A stretch of DNA of 64,000 bases from Alphaproteobacteria bacterium (GCA_045611785.1 JAZKXV010000026.1:20382-84381); one strand, 5' to 3'. Numbered from the stretch's first letter, positions 50,580-61,520 are shown. Made by a program: numbers and translations. The notes: a model not told the origin generated them from the letters alone.

Positions 50580-51062
50580 TTATATCCCCTCTAAATCTTC
50601 ATCGCACTCATCGTCATATTCATCCTCATTAGCATCCGCTATAATTACCGGATCATAAGCATTTTCTTTTACACGGTTATGAGTAGCCCAAGCATATAAA
50701 ATAATTACTAAAATAAAGATAATTGTAAAATTTATTGAAGCACTGCCATTGTCACCCTTAAAATATGTTTTTTTAATTTCTGAGGAAGATGCATTTCCTC
50801 TATAAAAAAAGACCTTATCGGCAGCATCAAATGAAAAAACAGTAACTGTTTCACCTTCAAGCGGTTTTTCAAATTGTTTTACGCCATCTTTTAAGGTAAG
50901 CACACTATCAACAACATATGTTACTTTAGAATCAACCGAGCAAATATATTGCCCTTGAGTATCAACTTCAATCTCTGATTGACCGAGAACAACCGGATCA
51001 GCATACCAATCACATGATGTTAGTGAAAACACCACAACCAACAATAATAACATTTTTTTCAT
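50580..51062 (-). CDS. Lipoprotein with C-terminal TM helix and acidic tail
   Basis: LTSC lipobox from MKKMLL start; TM near C-terminus; resembles 25255-25671. Confidence 0.7.
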   Translation of the reverse strand: MKKMLLLLVVVFSLTSCDWYADPVVLGQSEIEVDTQGQYICSVDSKVTYVVDSVLTLKDGVKQFEKPLEGETVTVFSFDAADKVFFYRGNASSSEIKKTYFKGDNGSASINFTIIFILVIILYAWATHNRVKENAYDPVIIADANEDEYDDECDEDLEGI

Positions 51063-51355
51063 AATTTTTAGATATTTTAATGATACAATAATTTTTAATT
51101 GTATCAAGTATATATATTCTCGTTCAAAAATGCAATATGTAATTTTGCTTGAAATTTACTTGAATTTATTTATTCTCTAATTACAAAAGAAAACGGTCTA
51201 GAAAACACTAATATATTTTTATGTACGATGATGATGTTGAAGAAGTAAAATTAAGGGTTTACAATATAAACTACCTTGCTTATCATTTTACAAAAATACG
51301 GTTTACTCCGTTAGAACAAAATAACAGTTAAAACAAAAAATAACATGAGGCTAAA

Positions 51356-52417
51356 ATGACTTTTGATATTTCTAAATTTATAAAAATAAACAGAGCATAC
51401 TTTATTTGGGCAACATTTATGGGGTTGCTATATCTGTTTAGAGATATGTTTGGTCTGGTTTTTATAACTTTTATTATGTGTTTTATTGTTTCAGGCATTA
51501 CACATTACATTCGTCAAAAATTTCGTATCAATCGTAGAGCTGTTGTAATTGTAATTTATATTGTATTTTTAATTGGTGTAATCACTTTTCTTAGTATAAT
51601 CCCGTCTCGTTTGCTTGCCGAAGCTATGTCATTTACCGAACAACTTCCAAACAGCATCAAATCGACCAAAGAGTGGTTAAACACTAATTTTGCCGACAAT
51701 GAAATGATAGCTCCTTTATTGCCTCAAATTAAAGAAGCCTTATTCCCTGACAATACGGTTGTAAGCGTTTGGAACATAGTCAGAGGTATTTTAGAGAAAG
51801 GATTACATTATTTCGGTTGGTTTTTCTTGGCTATGTTATTCAGTTTTTTAATCATGTTCGATTTGCCTCGCTTATCAAAAGGTGTTCGCAATTTAAGGTT
51901 TACAAAATTAGCAGAATCTTACCGAGAAACAGCCGGAAGTATCATGCTTTTTGCTAAAGTTGTAGGAGAAAATTTCAGAGCACAACTGCTTATATCTGCC
52001 ATTAATACATTTCTGACAGCCATTTGCCTTTATGCTTTAAACATTAAAGCCATCGCTCTTTTATGCACCATAGTGTTTATGTGTGGCTTAATACCTGTTT
52101 TAGGCATGATTATATCTTCTGTTCCTATTGTTTTAATGGCTGTAAATACAGGCGGTATGGAACTCGGATTTTGGGCCATTCTCATAATTATAGCCATTCA
52201 TATGCTGGAAACATACGTGCTAAATCCTCGTATTGTCTCTTCAATAATGAGAATCAACCCTGTAATGACACTTATCATTTTATACATTGCTCATAGCGTT
52301 ATCGGAATGTGGGGTATGCTTTTAGGTGTACCGATTGCAGTATACATATATCGAAAAATCAGTTTACCTAAAAACAAAAAGACATTTCGCAAATTTTTAC
52401 AAAAGCAGGATATCTAA
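51356..52417 (+). CDS. AI-2E (PerM/TqsA) family transporter
   Basis: Multi-TM; LIPVLG, E.YVLNPRI, NPVMTLI, GMWGMLLGVP. Confidence 0.9.
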   Translation: MTFDISKFIKINRAYFIWATFMGLLYLFRDMFGLVFITFIMCFIVSGITHYIRQKFRINRRAVVIVIYIVFLIGVITFLSIIPSRLLAEAMSFTEQLPNSIKSTKEWLNTNFADNEMIAPLLPQIKEALFPDNTVVSVWNIVRGILEKGLHYFGWFFLAMLFSFLIMFDLPRLSKGVRNLRFTKLAESYRETAGSIMLFAKVVGENFRAQLLISAINTFLTAICLYALNIKAIALLCTIVFMCGLIPVLGMIISSVPIVLMAVNTGGMELGFWAILIIIAIHMLETYVLNPRIVSSIMRINPVMTLIILYIAHSVIGMWGMLLGVPIAVYIYRKISLPKNKKTFRKFLQKQDI

Positions 52418-52518
52418 AATTAATGATCCCGAAAATGTAAAAGTAATTACCCTAATCTTTATGTGTTGACACAAACGACAAAAACGTTTATACTGACAGA
52501 ATAAGGGTGGTAAAGCGA

Positions 52519-55041
52519 ATGCAAATAACAACAGATAAAAAAAAGTGGAATGAATTAACCTATACTGAAAAGCACAGTCGTTGCAATCGGATCAGAGCCA
52601 TATGCGCAATGGGAGATATTGAGGCTCTAAAAAAACTCATTCCGACCACTGAAGAACTACTTGCTTACGTTGATATGAACAACGGAGGCTCATTTTTACA
52701 TACATTAATGTACTCTGGCGAATCTAAAACCAATACTCCAGATCAAGTAGAATTTCTAAAACAAGTATTTAAAGAATATGGGCTTGATGAAAATGAGGAA
52801 GCGAGAAGAAAACTTTTATTAAGAAAGAATGCCAGAGGAAAGTATGCAGCAGATTTTACCTATGCTTTGAATTTTACCAGTCATAGCATTAAAGCTACTT
52901 TTGATGAACTTGTCGGCAAAACTGTGCCAACGCAACTTGAACCTGATACAAGAACTGATTTTGAAAAAAATAAAGTTACCTTGTATACCATATTAAAAGC
53001 CGAAATAATCAAAGTCAGACCTCCTGCTCAAAAATCTGATATTCATAAAATTGGGCATGACTATACCCCTCACGAACAGCACAGTACAGAAAAATCAGGA
53101 ACACCTACAACGGGTGGAATGTATATACCTGATAAAGATGGCAACCCTGCATTATACATACTTGGTTCAATAAGAGAAACCTACCCGGTAATAAAATTAC
53201 GAAACATTGATGAATATGGCGACGATGTTGCAATCATTGAAAATTTAGATCCCAATAGCCCGAAAGGCTTAAGAGAACAAGCGCTTGCAAAAATAGATTT
53301 TCCTGAAGACTTTATACATCATTTTAAAGCATTAGAAGAGTTTGAACAAACTTACCAAAACATGCGCGACGACCCTGACCAATTTGCATATATGAGAAAC
53401 TTTGTTCAACAACGAGGATCTTTAATTTTTGAAGACCAAAGAGATCCTGATGTTAATGGAAACACTAAATCAGGATACGATTACGGTGGATATGCCTGCG
53501 AGAAAATTGTTAACGGAGAAAAGTTTCCTTGCATTGTTGTTAGAAGCGATTATGCAAGCACCGCAAAATCAGATTGGAAAAGTAAAACATCAACATTATT
53601 ACATGAATTATATCATAGGGTTGATTTAAGTAAAGACATCAAACTATCTCAATTGCCTATAACACAATATGTCTTGATGTTAAGTGAGCAAAACCCTAAC
53701 ACCCCTATAAAGGACGCTCATAAAATTGTTAATGAGGCATATCCACCAACTGAATATGAAAAAGAAGTAATTGCTCAATTAATGAGTATTACAGATAAAG
53801 ACACGCTTGGTTCAAGCCCTTTATTGAGAAATTTTTATGCACTTGGAAAATATTTTGCAACTGCCAAAGCTGATAAATGCCCTGCTCTAATGCATAGAAT
53901 TGCTCATGCGCACGAAATATTACCTGAAGAAACTTTAATACAGCTTCACTCAGAATATTTAGATTTTAAAAAAGCAAAAGAAAGACAATATACTGATGAA
54001 GAAAATATAAGCAAATTGTTTCCTGAAGATGAACACGAATGCAACAGACAAATAAAGGCTTCACGAAATAGATTTACCATTGAATTTCAACAAAAAAACC
54101 AAGAAAAAGATGCACAAAGAAAACTTCAGGAAACGAGGTTGCTTAATTGTATTATAAGCATTGCTAGATATGCACAAATTTTACAAGAAAACCCTAAATT
54201 GGGGGAAATCATTATGCCTCCAATTGCATATAAACTAACGGCATCAAGCCCGAGACCTATTGAAGAAGCAATTGCTCCATATTACAAGTCTAAAATTCAT
54301 CCTCAAATGATTGAACATCGCATAAAAACAATTTCAGTATATGGCAAACTGCAAAAAGGTGAAGAAATAAACTCAATATACGCAACAGAATTGATAAAAA
54401 CCGCATATATGTGTGAACAATTATTTAAACAAAAGTTTCCAAAATCAACTCTACCCGAGCAATTACCATCTTTTAGTTGCATGACAAAGAAAACTTTTGA
54501 GCATTCTCCAGAACAATATGCAAAATCAATGCAACTATTCACTGAAGCTATTAAAAATAATGCTAGCGAATTTCAACTCAGGGCATCATTATATTGCAAC
54601 AAGCCTATCAATCATCTTACAAACGAAGATTATTTAATGTTCAATATAGAAGATGCTAACAATAGATGTAGATATCAAAATAAATCAAGCATGTTTAGAT
54701 ACCCGGAGCAAATAAAAGACGATATCCAACAATGTTTAAACATTGAATTTGAAAAAGCTGGTTACAAAAAAGAAGATATACCAGACTTTTTTGCCATATC
54801 TGAAGAAAATGGTAAAAACCCGCCATATTATAAAAATATTGCAGCTGTTGTCCCTTATATTAAACAGGGATACACCCCTGAATTATTAAAAGAAATATTC
54901 ACAATTGCAGCAACATCACCTAAAAATGTTGAACAAACAATTCAAAAATACACAAATAATGTACCTATGCAAGACAGATTTAAAGAAGGTACAACCCCCT
55001 ATCGGCGTATTCCGCAATTATTAGCCAGACAAGAAATCTGA
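52519..55041 (+). CDS. Large hypothetical protein with HExxH zinc-metallopeptidase-like motif
   Basis: TLLHELYHRVD followed by YPPTEYEKE; N-terminal ankyrin-like GGSFLHTL; own TTGACA-17-TATACT promoter. Confidence 0.55.
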   Translation: MQITTDKKKWNELTYTEKHSRCNRIRAICAMGDIEALKKLIPTTEELLAYVDMNNGGSFLHTLMYSGESKTNTPDQVEFLKQVFKEYGLDENEEARRKLLLRKNARGKYAADFTYALNFTSHSIKATFDELVGKTVPTQLEPDTRTDFEKNKVTLYTILKAEIIKVRPPAQKSDIHKIGHDYTPHEQHSTEKSGTPTTGGMYIPDKDGNPALYILGSIRETYPVIKLRNIDEYGDDVAIIENLDPNSPKGLREQALAKIDFPEDFIHHFKALEEFEQTYQNMRDDPDQFAYMRNFVQQRGSLIFEDQRDPDVNGNTKSGYDYGGYACEKIVNGEKFPCIVVRSDYASTAKSDWKSKTSTLLHELYHRVDLSKDIKLSQLPITQYVLMLSEQNPNTPIKDAHKIVNEAYPPTEYEKEVIAQLMSITDKDTLGSSPLLRNFYALGKYFATAKADKCPALMHRIAHAHEILPEETLIQLHSEYLDFKKAKERQYTDEENISKLFPEDEHECNRQIKASRNRFTIEFQQKNQEKDAQRKLQETRLLNCIISIARYAQILQENPKLGEIIMPPIAYKLTASSPRPIEEAIAPYYKSKIHPQMIEHRIKTISVYGKLQKGEEINSIYATELIKTAYMCEQLFKQKFPKSTLPEQLPSFSCMTKKTFEHSPEQYAKSMQLFTEAIKNNASEFQLRASLYCNKPINHLTNEDYLMFNIEDANNRCRYQNKSSMFRYPEQIKDDIQQCLNIEFEKAGYKKEDIPDFFAISEENGKNPPYYKNIAAVVPYIKQGYTPELLKEIFTIAATSPKNVEQTIQKYTNNVPMQDRFKEGTTPYRRIPQLLARQEI

Positions 55042-55329
55042 TGCACAATTTAAATAATTTTCTTATTGACAACTCAATTTTTTTACATATATACTTAAAA
55101 AGTTGAATGAAAAATAGGAATAAAATGTTTAATGTAAGTCAAAATATATCTACTTTATATACTGCTGCAAACAGCAGCATATTGGCTTGCCTTATTTTAT
55201 TCTCTCTTATTTTAAACATTCTCTTAATTATCAGCCTCTGAGCATTTTTACCAACGTGCTAATAAAGTGTGGGTGCTCAGGGGGAACAAAGCAACACACT
55301 TTAATTTTTTGTGGTAATTTTAATGATAA

Positions 55330-57057
55330 TTGAGGGAAAACATGACTAATATAGAAAATACAATACAAGAAACTAAAAATGCTTTTGCTGACTATTTTGA
55401 CATGGTCGGAAAGAAAAACTTCAAACAATTTTATTACGATTGGCACGTTGATAACATGTTGGCCCCTTTTGCCAATATGGTATATTATTTCGATGTTAAC
55501 TATGGAGATCAAGCTAAAGATAAATTTCATGCTTTTGTAGAAGATGTTACTTTATGTGTATCTCACTTTGATGTAGATAAACCTCAAATCAGTCCATTAA
55601 CTACACAAAAACACTCTAATACAACAGATGGCAAACTTACAGAAATGATAAACGGAATGAGAACTTTCGGTTTTGAATTTCGTCAGTTTATATATAGCTT
55701 TGCATCTAAACAAGACCATATGGATGAGTTTGGTTATTGGCCGATAAAAACCAATATGCCTTATGCTTGCAAACACGGATTAATGGTTGCAAACGATATC
55801 TTACGTTATTTAGATGCAAATTTTGAAAAAATACGCTCGGAAGACAATGTATATAACAGAGCTTTATACGCTGCAGATACTTATTTACGCAAAAACATTG
55901 TTAAAGAATATCAATATAAACCAGGTTATACATTTGCCGACAGAAAAGAACATATACGCAGACTTCACAGCTTACGCAATCAATTAAGTAAAGAGTTTGA
56001 AGCAATGCCTAAAACAAATGCCAAATTAAATGATATGTTCCAAGTTGAAAATAATTTAGCAAGACCTGTACAAAGTCATTCATATTGGCCATCAGGATTT
56101 GAATTAGAATTTTATGTACCTGAAGAATATGGCGATTATGGTGTTCTCATAGACTACTTAAAACAAAAAAACGGATGGGAAAAATTATACTCAACAAATA
56201 AAGATGCTTCCGTATATCATGATCCTAAATCTGCCGGCGTAATAATGCGTGATGAAAGTCTGGCTCCATATAACAGCTTAGCTCCTGTTGAATTTGCAAG
56301 CCGTATCATGCGTAGCAAAGAAGATGAAGATTATTGTTTAAAAATATTAGATTCTTTTGATCAAGGACATGTAAATAAGCATTGCTCATTACACCAACAT
56401 TTATCAACTCAGGATTTTACAATGGAAACATATAGACGTTTGGTAAAAAGAATGATGCAACACGAAGATGAAATAGTTGGAGCTTTTGCTGCACCTGAGC
56501 GTGGAAACAACAATTTGTTGTATGCAACATATATCAGCCGCAATTTAAGCGAAAATAACAAAAGAGATTATCCGTTTTTAAGCATAATGGTAGATTTATG
56601 TGAAACAAAACAAGAGTTAGAAGAAATGTCTGCGTTTGGAAACAAATATAAAACATTAAACGTTCTTCCTTCTCATACTGTTGAAATGCGTGCGATGAAT
56701 GCAAATTTCAATAAACGTTTTGTAGAAGCATATTTACAGTTTAATCGTGAGTTTGTTGCCGCAGCAGTAGAAAATAATCCTCATCATGTAAATAGATTCT
56801 TGCTTAATAAATATACATGGCATAACAATCAATCAACAGATACAAAAACTGTTATGCACGATTTGGCATACGGATATGACTTTGTTCCTCACGACTCATA
56901 TCGTCCTATGAAAAAAACAGTTTCATCAAAAACTGTACAAGATGAACAAGTATATGCTAGAATGGTGATGCAAGCCTTAACCACAACCGGTAAATTAGGA
57001 TATTTAAATCCTAGTCATCAAAAAAGATTAAAGGAAACAATATATCATGGAAAATAA
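55330..57057 (+). CDS. Putative COOH-NH2 amidoligase (Amidoligase_2-like) with N-terminal extension
   Basis: GFELEF, RDESL, VEFASRI, VNKHCSLHQH, KYKTLN, TVEMR. Confidence 0.75.
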   Translation: MRENMTNIENTIQETKNAFADYFDMVGKKNFKQFYYDWHVDNMLAPFANMVYYFDVNYGDQAKDKFHAFVEDVTLCVSHFDVDKPQISPLTTQKHSNTTDGKLTEMINGMRTFGFEFRQFIYSFASKQDHMDEFGYWPIKTNMPYACKHGLMVANDILRYLDANFEKIRSEDNVYNRALYAADTYLRKNIVKEYQYKPGYTFADRKEHIRRLHSLRNQLSKEFEAMPKTNAKLNDMFQVENNLARPVQSHSYWPSGFELEFYVPEEYGDYGVLIDYLKQKNGWEKLYSTNKDASVYHDPKSAGVIMRDESLAPYNSLAPVEFASRIMRSKEDEDYCLKILDSFDQGHVNKHCSLHQHLSTQDFTMETYRRLVKRMMQHEDEIVGAFAAPERGNNNLLYATYISRNLSENNKRDYPFLSIMVDLCETKQELEEMSAFGNKYKTLNVLPSHTVEMRAMNANFNKRFVEAYLQFNREFVAAAVENNPHHVNRFLLNKYTWHNNQSTDTKTVMHDLAYGYDFVPHDSYRPMKKTVSSKTVQDEQVYARMVMQALTTTGKLGYLNPSHQKRLKETIYHGK

Positions 57058-57802
57058 TGTTTTTACAGTTCTAAACCCAGATTCTGAATTTGAACTAATT
57101 TTAACTGCTGAGCATGCCAACGCTCAAATTCCGGAAGAATATAACAATCTTGGCTTAGATAAAGCAAAATTAGATACTCATATTGCAAGAGATAAAGGAG
57201 CTAAACGCATAACAGAAATGTTAGCACAAAAACTAAACTGCTTTGCAATAATGGGAAACTATTCTCGTTTACTGATTGACCTAAACCGCAAAGAAAATGA
57301 AGCAGAATTAATAGTAAGCACAAGTGATAAAGTTGTTGTTCCTCAAAATCAAAACATATCTGAAGAAGAAAAAAAATTCAGAGTGAAAAAATATTATCAG
57401 CCATATTATCAAGCATTAGAAGAAAAAATTATGCAATTACAAAAAAATGGGAAAACACCTATTATTTTTTCAGTTCATAGTTACACTCCTCAATTGCAAG
57501 ATGGAGCATATCGTCCTTGGCATGCCGGAATATTGTATAATCAAAAAACCAATTTGGCCGATTTCTTATTCAAAGAGTTGAGCCAAACAGATAAAACCAT
57601 TGGAGAAAATGTTCCTTACGATTTAAGAAAATATAACACCGGAACCGTTATTATTTGCGGACAAGATAAAGGCCTCGATTATGCTCTTATTGAAATCAGA
57701 GATGACGAATTTGATAATTTGGAACAAGGCGCACAATTTTGGACCGATGCATTGGAAAAAGCCTTATTAAAATATTTCAATAAAAAAACTCTTAAAGAAT
57801 AA
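57047..57802 (+). CDS. N-formylglutamate amidohydrolase family
   Basis: LTAEHA, HIARDKG, SRLLIDLNR, YYQPYY, SVHSYTP, RPWHAGIL, LIEIR.D. Confidence 0.9.
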   Translation: MENNVFTVLNPDSEFELILTAEHANAQIPEEYNNLGLDKAKLDTHIARDKGAKRITEMLAQKLNCFAIMGNYSRLLIDLNRKENEAELIVSTSDKVVVPQNQNISEEEKKFRVKKYYQPYYQALEEKIMQLQKNGKTPIIFSVHSYTPQLQDGAYRPWHAGILYNQKTNLADFLFKELSQTDKTIGENVPYDLRKYNTGTVIICGQDKGLDYALIEIRDDEFDNLEQGAQFWTDALEKALLKYFNKKTLKE

Positions 57803-57831
57803 TCTTTAAGAGTTTTTTACAAACATACAAA

Positions 57832-57939
57832 TTAAGAATTATCCTTGCGTAGAGCAAGAATACTAACCCAAAACGGTAAACTCACAAACAGCAACACATT
57901 AGTTGCAAACTCAAACATTTTAATTAAAGTTCTCTTCAT
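57832..57939 (-). CDS. Small membrane peptide (35 aa)
   Basis: MKRTLIKMFEFATNVLLFVSLPFWVSILAL...; ATG 4 nt after the upstream stop. Confidence 0.4.
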   Translation of the reverse strand: MKRTLIKMFEFATNVLLFVSLPFWVSILALRKDNS

Positions 57940-57943
57940 AGTT

Positions 57944-58588
57944 TTACTTGTTTTTTTTAAAAAGCCACCAAAAAAATGGAGTAAACCAGTTTCTCCAACA
58001 ATAAATCTTTTTGTATTTCTTACCGTCCATTTCAAACGTAACGCAAGCACGATTATTTTCATAATGGAAACTCAAGTTCTCAATATCACAGTAAGTATCA
58101 AGCCCCAAACCTAGCAATGAAAGCTGTTTAGTTTCAGAGTTGTAAAAAGCATTATCCACTAGCTGTGTTCCAAGATTTTCAACCTTAGCACAATCTAACA
58201 GATACCATGTATTGTCTTTAGATAACAACAGACTCTTTTCAACAAAACCACTTTCCGGTTGTATATAATTGAAATATAAAATCTGATAGCTATCAAAAAC
58301 CTCATCAACCAAATATATATCGTCATCCGATAAATAATAAACCATCATTTGATTTGCTCCATTTATCATAACGATATAATTCTGAGATGTAATCATATTA
58401 AAGACACATTCTTTTGTATATTCATACACACAAATGCTCTTTGTTATAACTCCATCAACAATTTGGTGATCAGATTCGGACGGTTCTCTAATTTTCAACT
58501 TAAAAAAAGACTTTGTCTTTTCAGACACTTCCTTAATTCCACCTTGCAAAACCAAAGAAGATAAACTTAATTTAATTACCTTTATCAT
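57944..58588 (-). CDS. Hypothetical protein
   Basis: 214-aa ORF, SD-less start. Confidence 0.6.
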   Translation of the reverse strand: MIKVIKLSLSSLVLQGGIKEVSEKTKSFFKLKIREPSESDHQIVDGVITKSICVYEYTKECVFNMITSQNYIVMINGANQMMVYYLSDDDIYLVDEVFDSYQILYFNYIQPESGFVEKSLLLSKDNTWYLLDCAKVENLGTQLVDNAFYNSETKQLSLLGLGLDTYCDIENLSFHYENNRACVTFEMDGKKYKKIYCWRNWFTPFFWWLFKKNK

Positions 58589-58696
58589 AATTTTCTAATT
58601 ATTAGTTTCTGGACCAAAAGTAACATATTAAGCTATATTTGTCAAATAAAAAAGCACCTCTATTGAGGTGCTTTAAGCAAGATATTTTAATTTACC

Positions 58697-59965
58697 TTAA
58701 TCTTCATATTTTTTCAAAACGATTGAAGAGTTTGTTCCACCAAAGCCAAATGAGTTTGACATTGCTGCCTTAATTTCTTTTTTCTTTGGTTTTAATGGAA
58801 CTAAGTCAATATCAGCCACTTCATCTTCAACATCTTCTAAGTTAAGTGTTGGAGGACAAATTTGATCACGAATAGCAAGTGTTGTATAAACAGCTTCAAC
58901 CGCACCTGCAGCACCAAGTAAGTGACCGATAGCAGATTTTGTAGATGACATAGAAACTGTTTGCATATTTTCACCAAACAAACGTTTAACAGCTTTAGCT
59001 TCTCCAACGTCACCTGCAGGAGTAGATGTTCCGTGAGCATTGATATAATGAATATCTTTTAATTCAATACCATGTTCTTTAGCATGATCTGTAGCCATCT
59101 TCATTGCGCGATATGCACCATCACCTGAAGGAGCTGTAATGTGATAAGCATCACCACTCATACCATAGCCTACAACTTCAGCATAGATTTTTGCACCACG
59201 TGCTTTTGCATGTTCTAATTCTTCCAAAACAACAGCACCGGCACCCTCACCCATAACGAAACCGCTTCTGTTTTTATCCCATGGACGAGAAGCTTTTTCC
59301 GGATTGTCATTAAATTCTGCGGTAATAGCCTTCATACGAGCAAAACCTGCCAAACCTAACACATTAACAGCAGCTTCTGCACCACCTGCAACCATAGCAT
59401 CGGCATCACCCATCGCAATCATTTTTGCGGCATCACCAATTGCATGAGTACCTGTTGAACAAGCTGTAACACATGCATGGTTTGGTCCTTTAAGACCAAA
59501 CATAATAGACAGGTTACCTGAAATAAGGTTAATTAAACAAGATGGAATAAAAAATGGAGAAATGCGCTTTATACCAGATTCATTAAAAGATATAGCATTT
59601 TCATAAATTGCATTCAAACCACCGATACCAGCGCCCATCATCACACCAAAACGATATTGTTCTTCTTCAGTTTGAGGAATATAGCCACTATCTCTAATTG
59701 CATCTGCACCAGCAGCCAAACCAAACAATATGAACTTATCATTTTTCTTTTGATCCTTTGGCGGTAAAACATCATCAGGATTAAATTCACCTTCACCATC
59801 ACCGTAAGGAACACGACCTGCAATTTGAACCGGAATATCTTTTAAATCGATATCAGTAATTTTTACCACCCCCGATTCTGAATTTAACAAACGTTTCCAA
59901 TTGTGCTCTGCACCACGTCCTAAAGGAGAAACAACGCCCAAACCGGTAATTACAACTCTTCTCAT
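58697..59965 (-). CDS. fabF: Beta-ketoacyl-ACP synthase II
   Basis: VTACSTG, DAYHIT, INAHGTST, STKSAIGHLLGAAG, SNSFGFGGTN. Confidence 0.97.
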   Translation of the reverse strand: MRRVVITGLGVVSPLGRGAEHNWKRLLNSESGVVKITDIDLKDIPVQIAGRVPYGDGEGEFNPDDVLPPKDQKKNDKFILFGLAAGADAIRDSGYIPQTEEEQYRFGVMMGAGIGGLNAIYENAISFNESGIKRISPFFIPSCLINLISGNLSIMFGLKGPNHACVTACSTGTHAIGDAAKMIAMGDADAMVAGGAEAAVNVLGLAGFARMKAITAEFNDNPEKASRPWDKNRSGFVMGEGAGAVVLEELEHAKARGAKIYAEVVGYGMSGDAYHITAPSGDGAYRAMKMATDHAKEHGIELKDIHYINAHGTSTPAGDVGEAKAVKRLFGENMQTVSMSSTKSAIGHLLGAAGAVEAVYTTLAIRDQICPPTLNLEDVEDEVADIDLVPLKPKKKEIKAAMSNSFGFGGTNSSIVLKKYED

Positions 59966-60059
59966 AAAACAAACCTCTTTTTTAATTCATTATATTCTAC
60001 GATACGAAAAAACTCGCCTGATAGCAGCGAGTTCTTACACTTATTTTAAGCCACAAGAC

Positions 60060-60293
60060 TTACGCATTCTTTGAAAGATAGTCAATAGCATCTTTAACTG
60101 TGAGAATTTTTTCAGCAGCGTCATCTGGAATTTCGCAACCAAATTCTTCTTCGAATGCCATAACTAATTCAACAGTATCTAAGCTGTCTGCACCTAAATC
60201 GTCAATGAAGCTAGCGCTTTCAGTAACTTTAGATTCTTCAACACCTAAGTGTTCAGCAACGATCTTTTTAACGCGATTAGCGGTATCAGTCAT
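60060..60293 (-). CDS. acpP: Acyl carrier protein
   Basis: [14 protein letters not shown]; start at MTDTAN with SD gagg. Confidence 0.97.
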   Translation of the reverse strand: MTDTANRVKKIVAEHLGVEESKVTESASFIDDLGADSLDTVELVMAFEEEFGCEIPDDAAEKILTVKDAIDYLSKNA

Positions 60294-60549
60294 GTATTTA
60301 AACCTCAAAAAATATTAAAACAAATTTCAGACTAACAATTAGTCTTGATTGAGTAGTTAGCATACATTTATACCTTTTGACAAGCTTTTTTTTCACTTTA
60401 CCTGCAAAAAAAATAACTCACACAGCATAACCATTTGATTATACATATTTTTAGATTGAAATAATTTGTCACAAATAGTGCATAATCACCTTGATTTTTT
60501 ATTTTTTGCTCATACATCATAGGTAAAATTAACAAGATAAGGATTAAAT

Positions 60550-61473
60550 ATGAAAATAGGTATAATTGGGGCCGGAAATGTCGGAAGCTCAACTGCTTTT
60601 TCTCTTATAATACAAGGAATAGCCAAAGAAATTATTTTAATTGACAGCAATGAAAACAAAGCAAATGCAGAAGCTTTGGATATATCGCATGCAATACCTT
60701 TTGCATATGCAGCTAAAATAAAAAGCGGAAACTACTCAAATTTAACCGGCTCTGATATTGTAATTATTTGCGCAGGAGCAAATCAAAAAAACGGAGAAAC
60801 CAGACTTGCTCTGATGCAAAAAAATGTAGAGATTCTAAAATCTATTATATATCAAATTATACTTTTTGCACCGGAAACCATAATTTTAGTTGCATCTAAT
60901 CCGGTAGATATCATGACTTATTATACCTTAAAAATTTCAGGCTTACCTAAAAACAGAGTTTTGGGCAGCGGCACCATCTTAGATACATCTCGATTCAGAA
61001 CTTTGTTAGGCCGACATTTAGAAATTTCACCTAAATCGATTCATGCAAATGTGTTAGGAGAACATGGTGATAGCGAAGTATTGATATGGTCAAACGCAAG
61101 TGCCGGCACTATTCCATTGGAAACACTTGGAAAAAAGCTCAATAGTAAACTTGATTTAGAAATAAAAGCATCAATTGATAACAATGTCAGAAACGCAGCT
61201 TATAAAATTATTGAAGGCAAAGGAGCAACATATTATGGGATAGCAGCCGGATTAAGCAGAATATGCCAAGCCATTTCCAATAACGAGAATGCCATATTAA
61301 CTGTATCATCTTTTCATAAAGATATTGAAGGCATCAGCGATGTTTGCCTTTCATTGCCAACAGTTATTAATAAAAACGGCATTGAAAAAGTATTATATCC
61401 GAAAATTTCGCCTGAAGAACATATCTTGTTAAAAGCCAGTGCCGAAAAATTAAAATCTTATATGCAACTATAA
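60550..61473 (+). CDS. ldh: L-lactate dehydrogenase
   Basis: GAGNVG, ETRLAL, ASNPVD, GSGTILDTSRFR, GEHGDS, KGATYYG. Confidence 0.93.
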   Translation: MKIGIIGAGNVGSSTAFSLIIQGIAKEIILIDSNENKANAEALDISHAIPFAYAAKIKSGNYSNLTGSDIVIICAGANQKNGETRLALMQKNVEILKSIIYQIILFAPETIILVASNPVDIMTYYTLKISGLPKNRVLGSGTILDTSRFRTLLGRHLEISPKSIHANVLGEHGDSEVLIWSNASAGTIPLETLGKKLNSKLDLEIKASIDNNVRNAAYKIIEGKGATYYGIAAGLSRICQAISNNENAILTVSSFHKDIEGISDVCLSLPTVINKNGIEKVLYPKISPEEHILLKASAEKLKSYMQL

Positions 61474-61520
61474 TTATTGTGTTATCGTAATTGTATTCCT
61501 TTATAACAAAAGAGCGGAAG

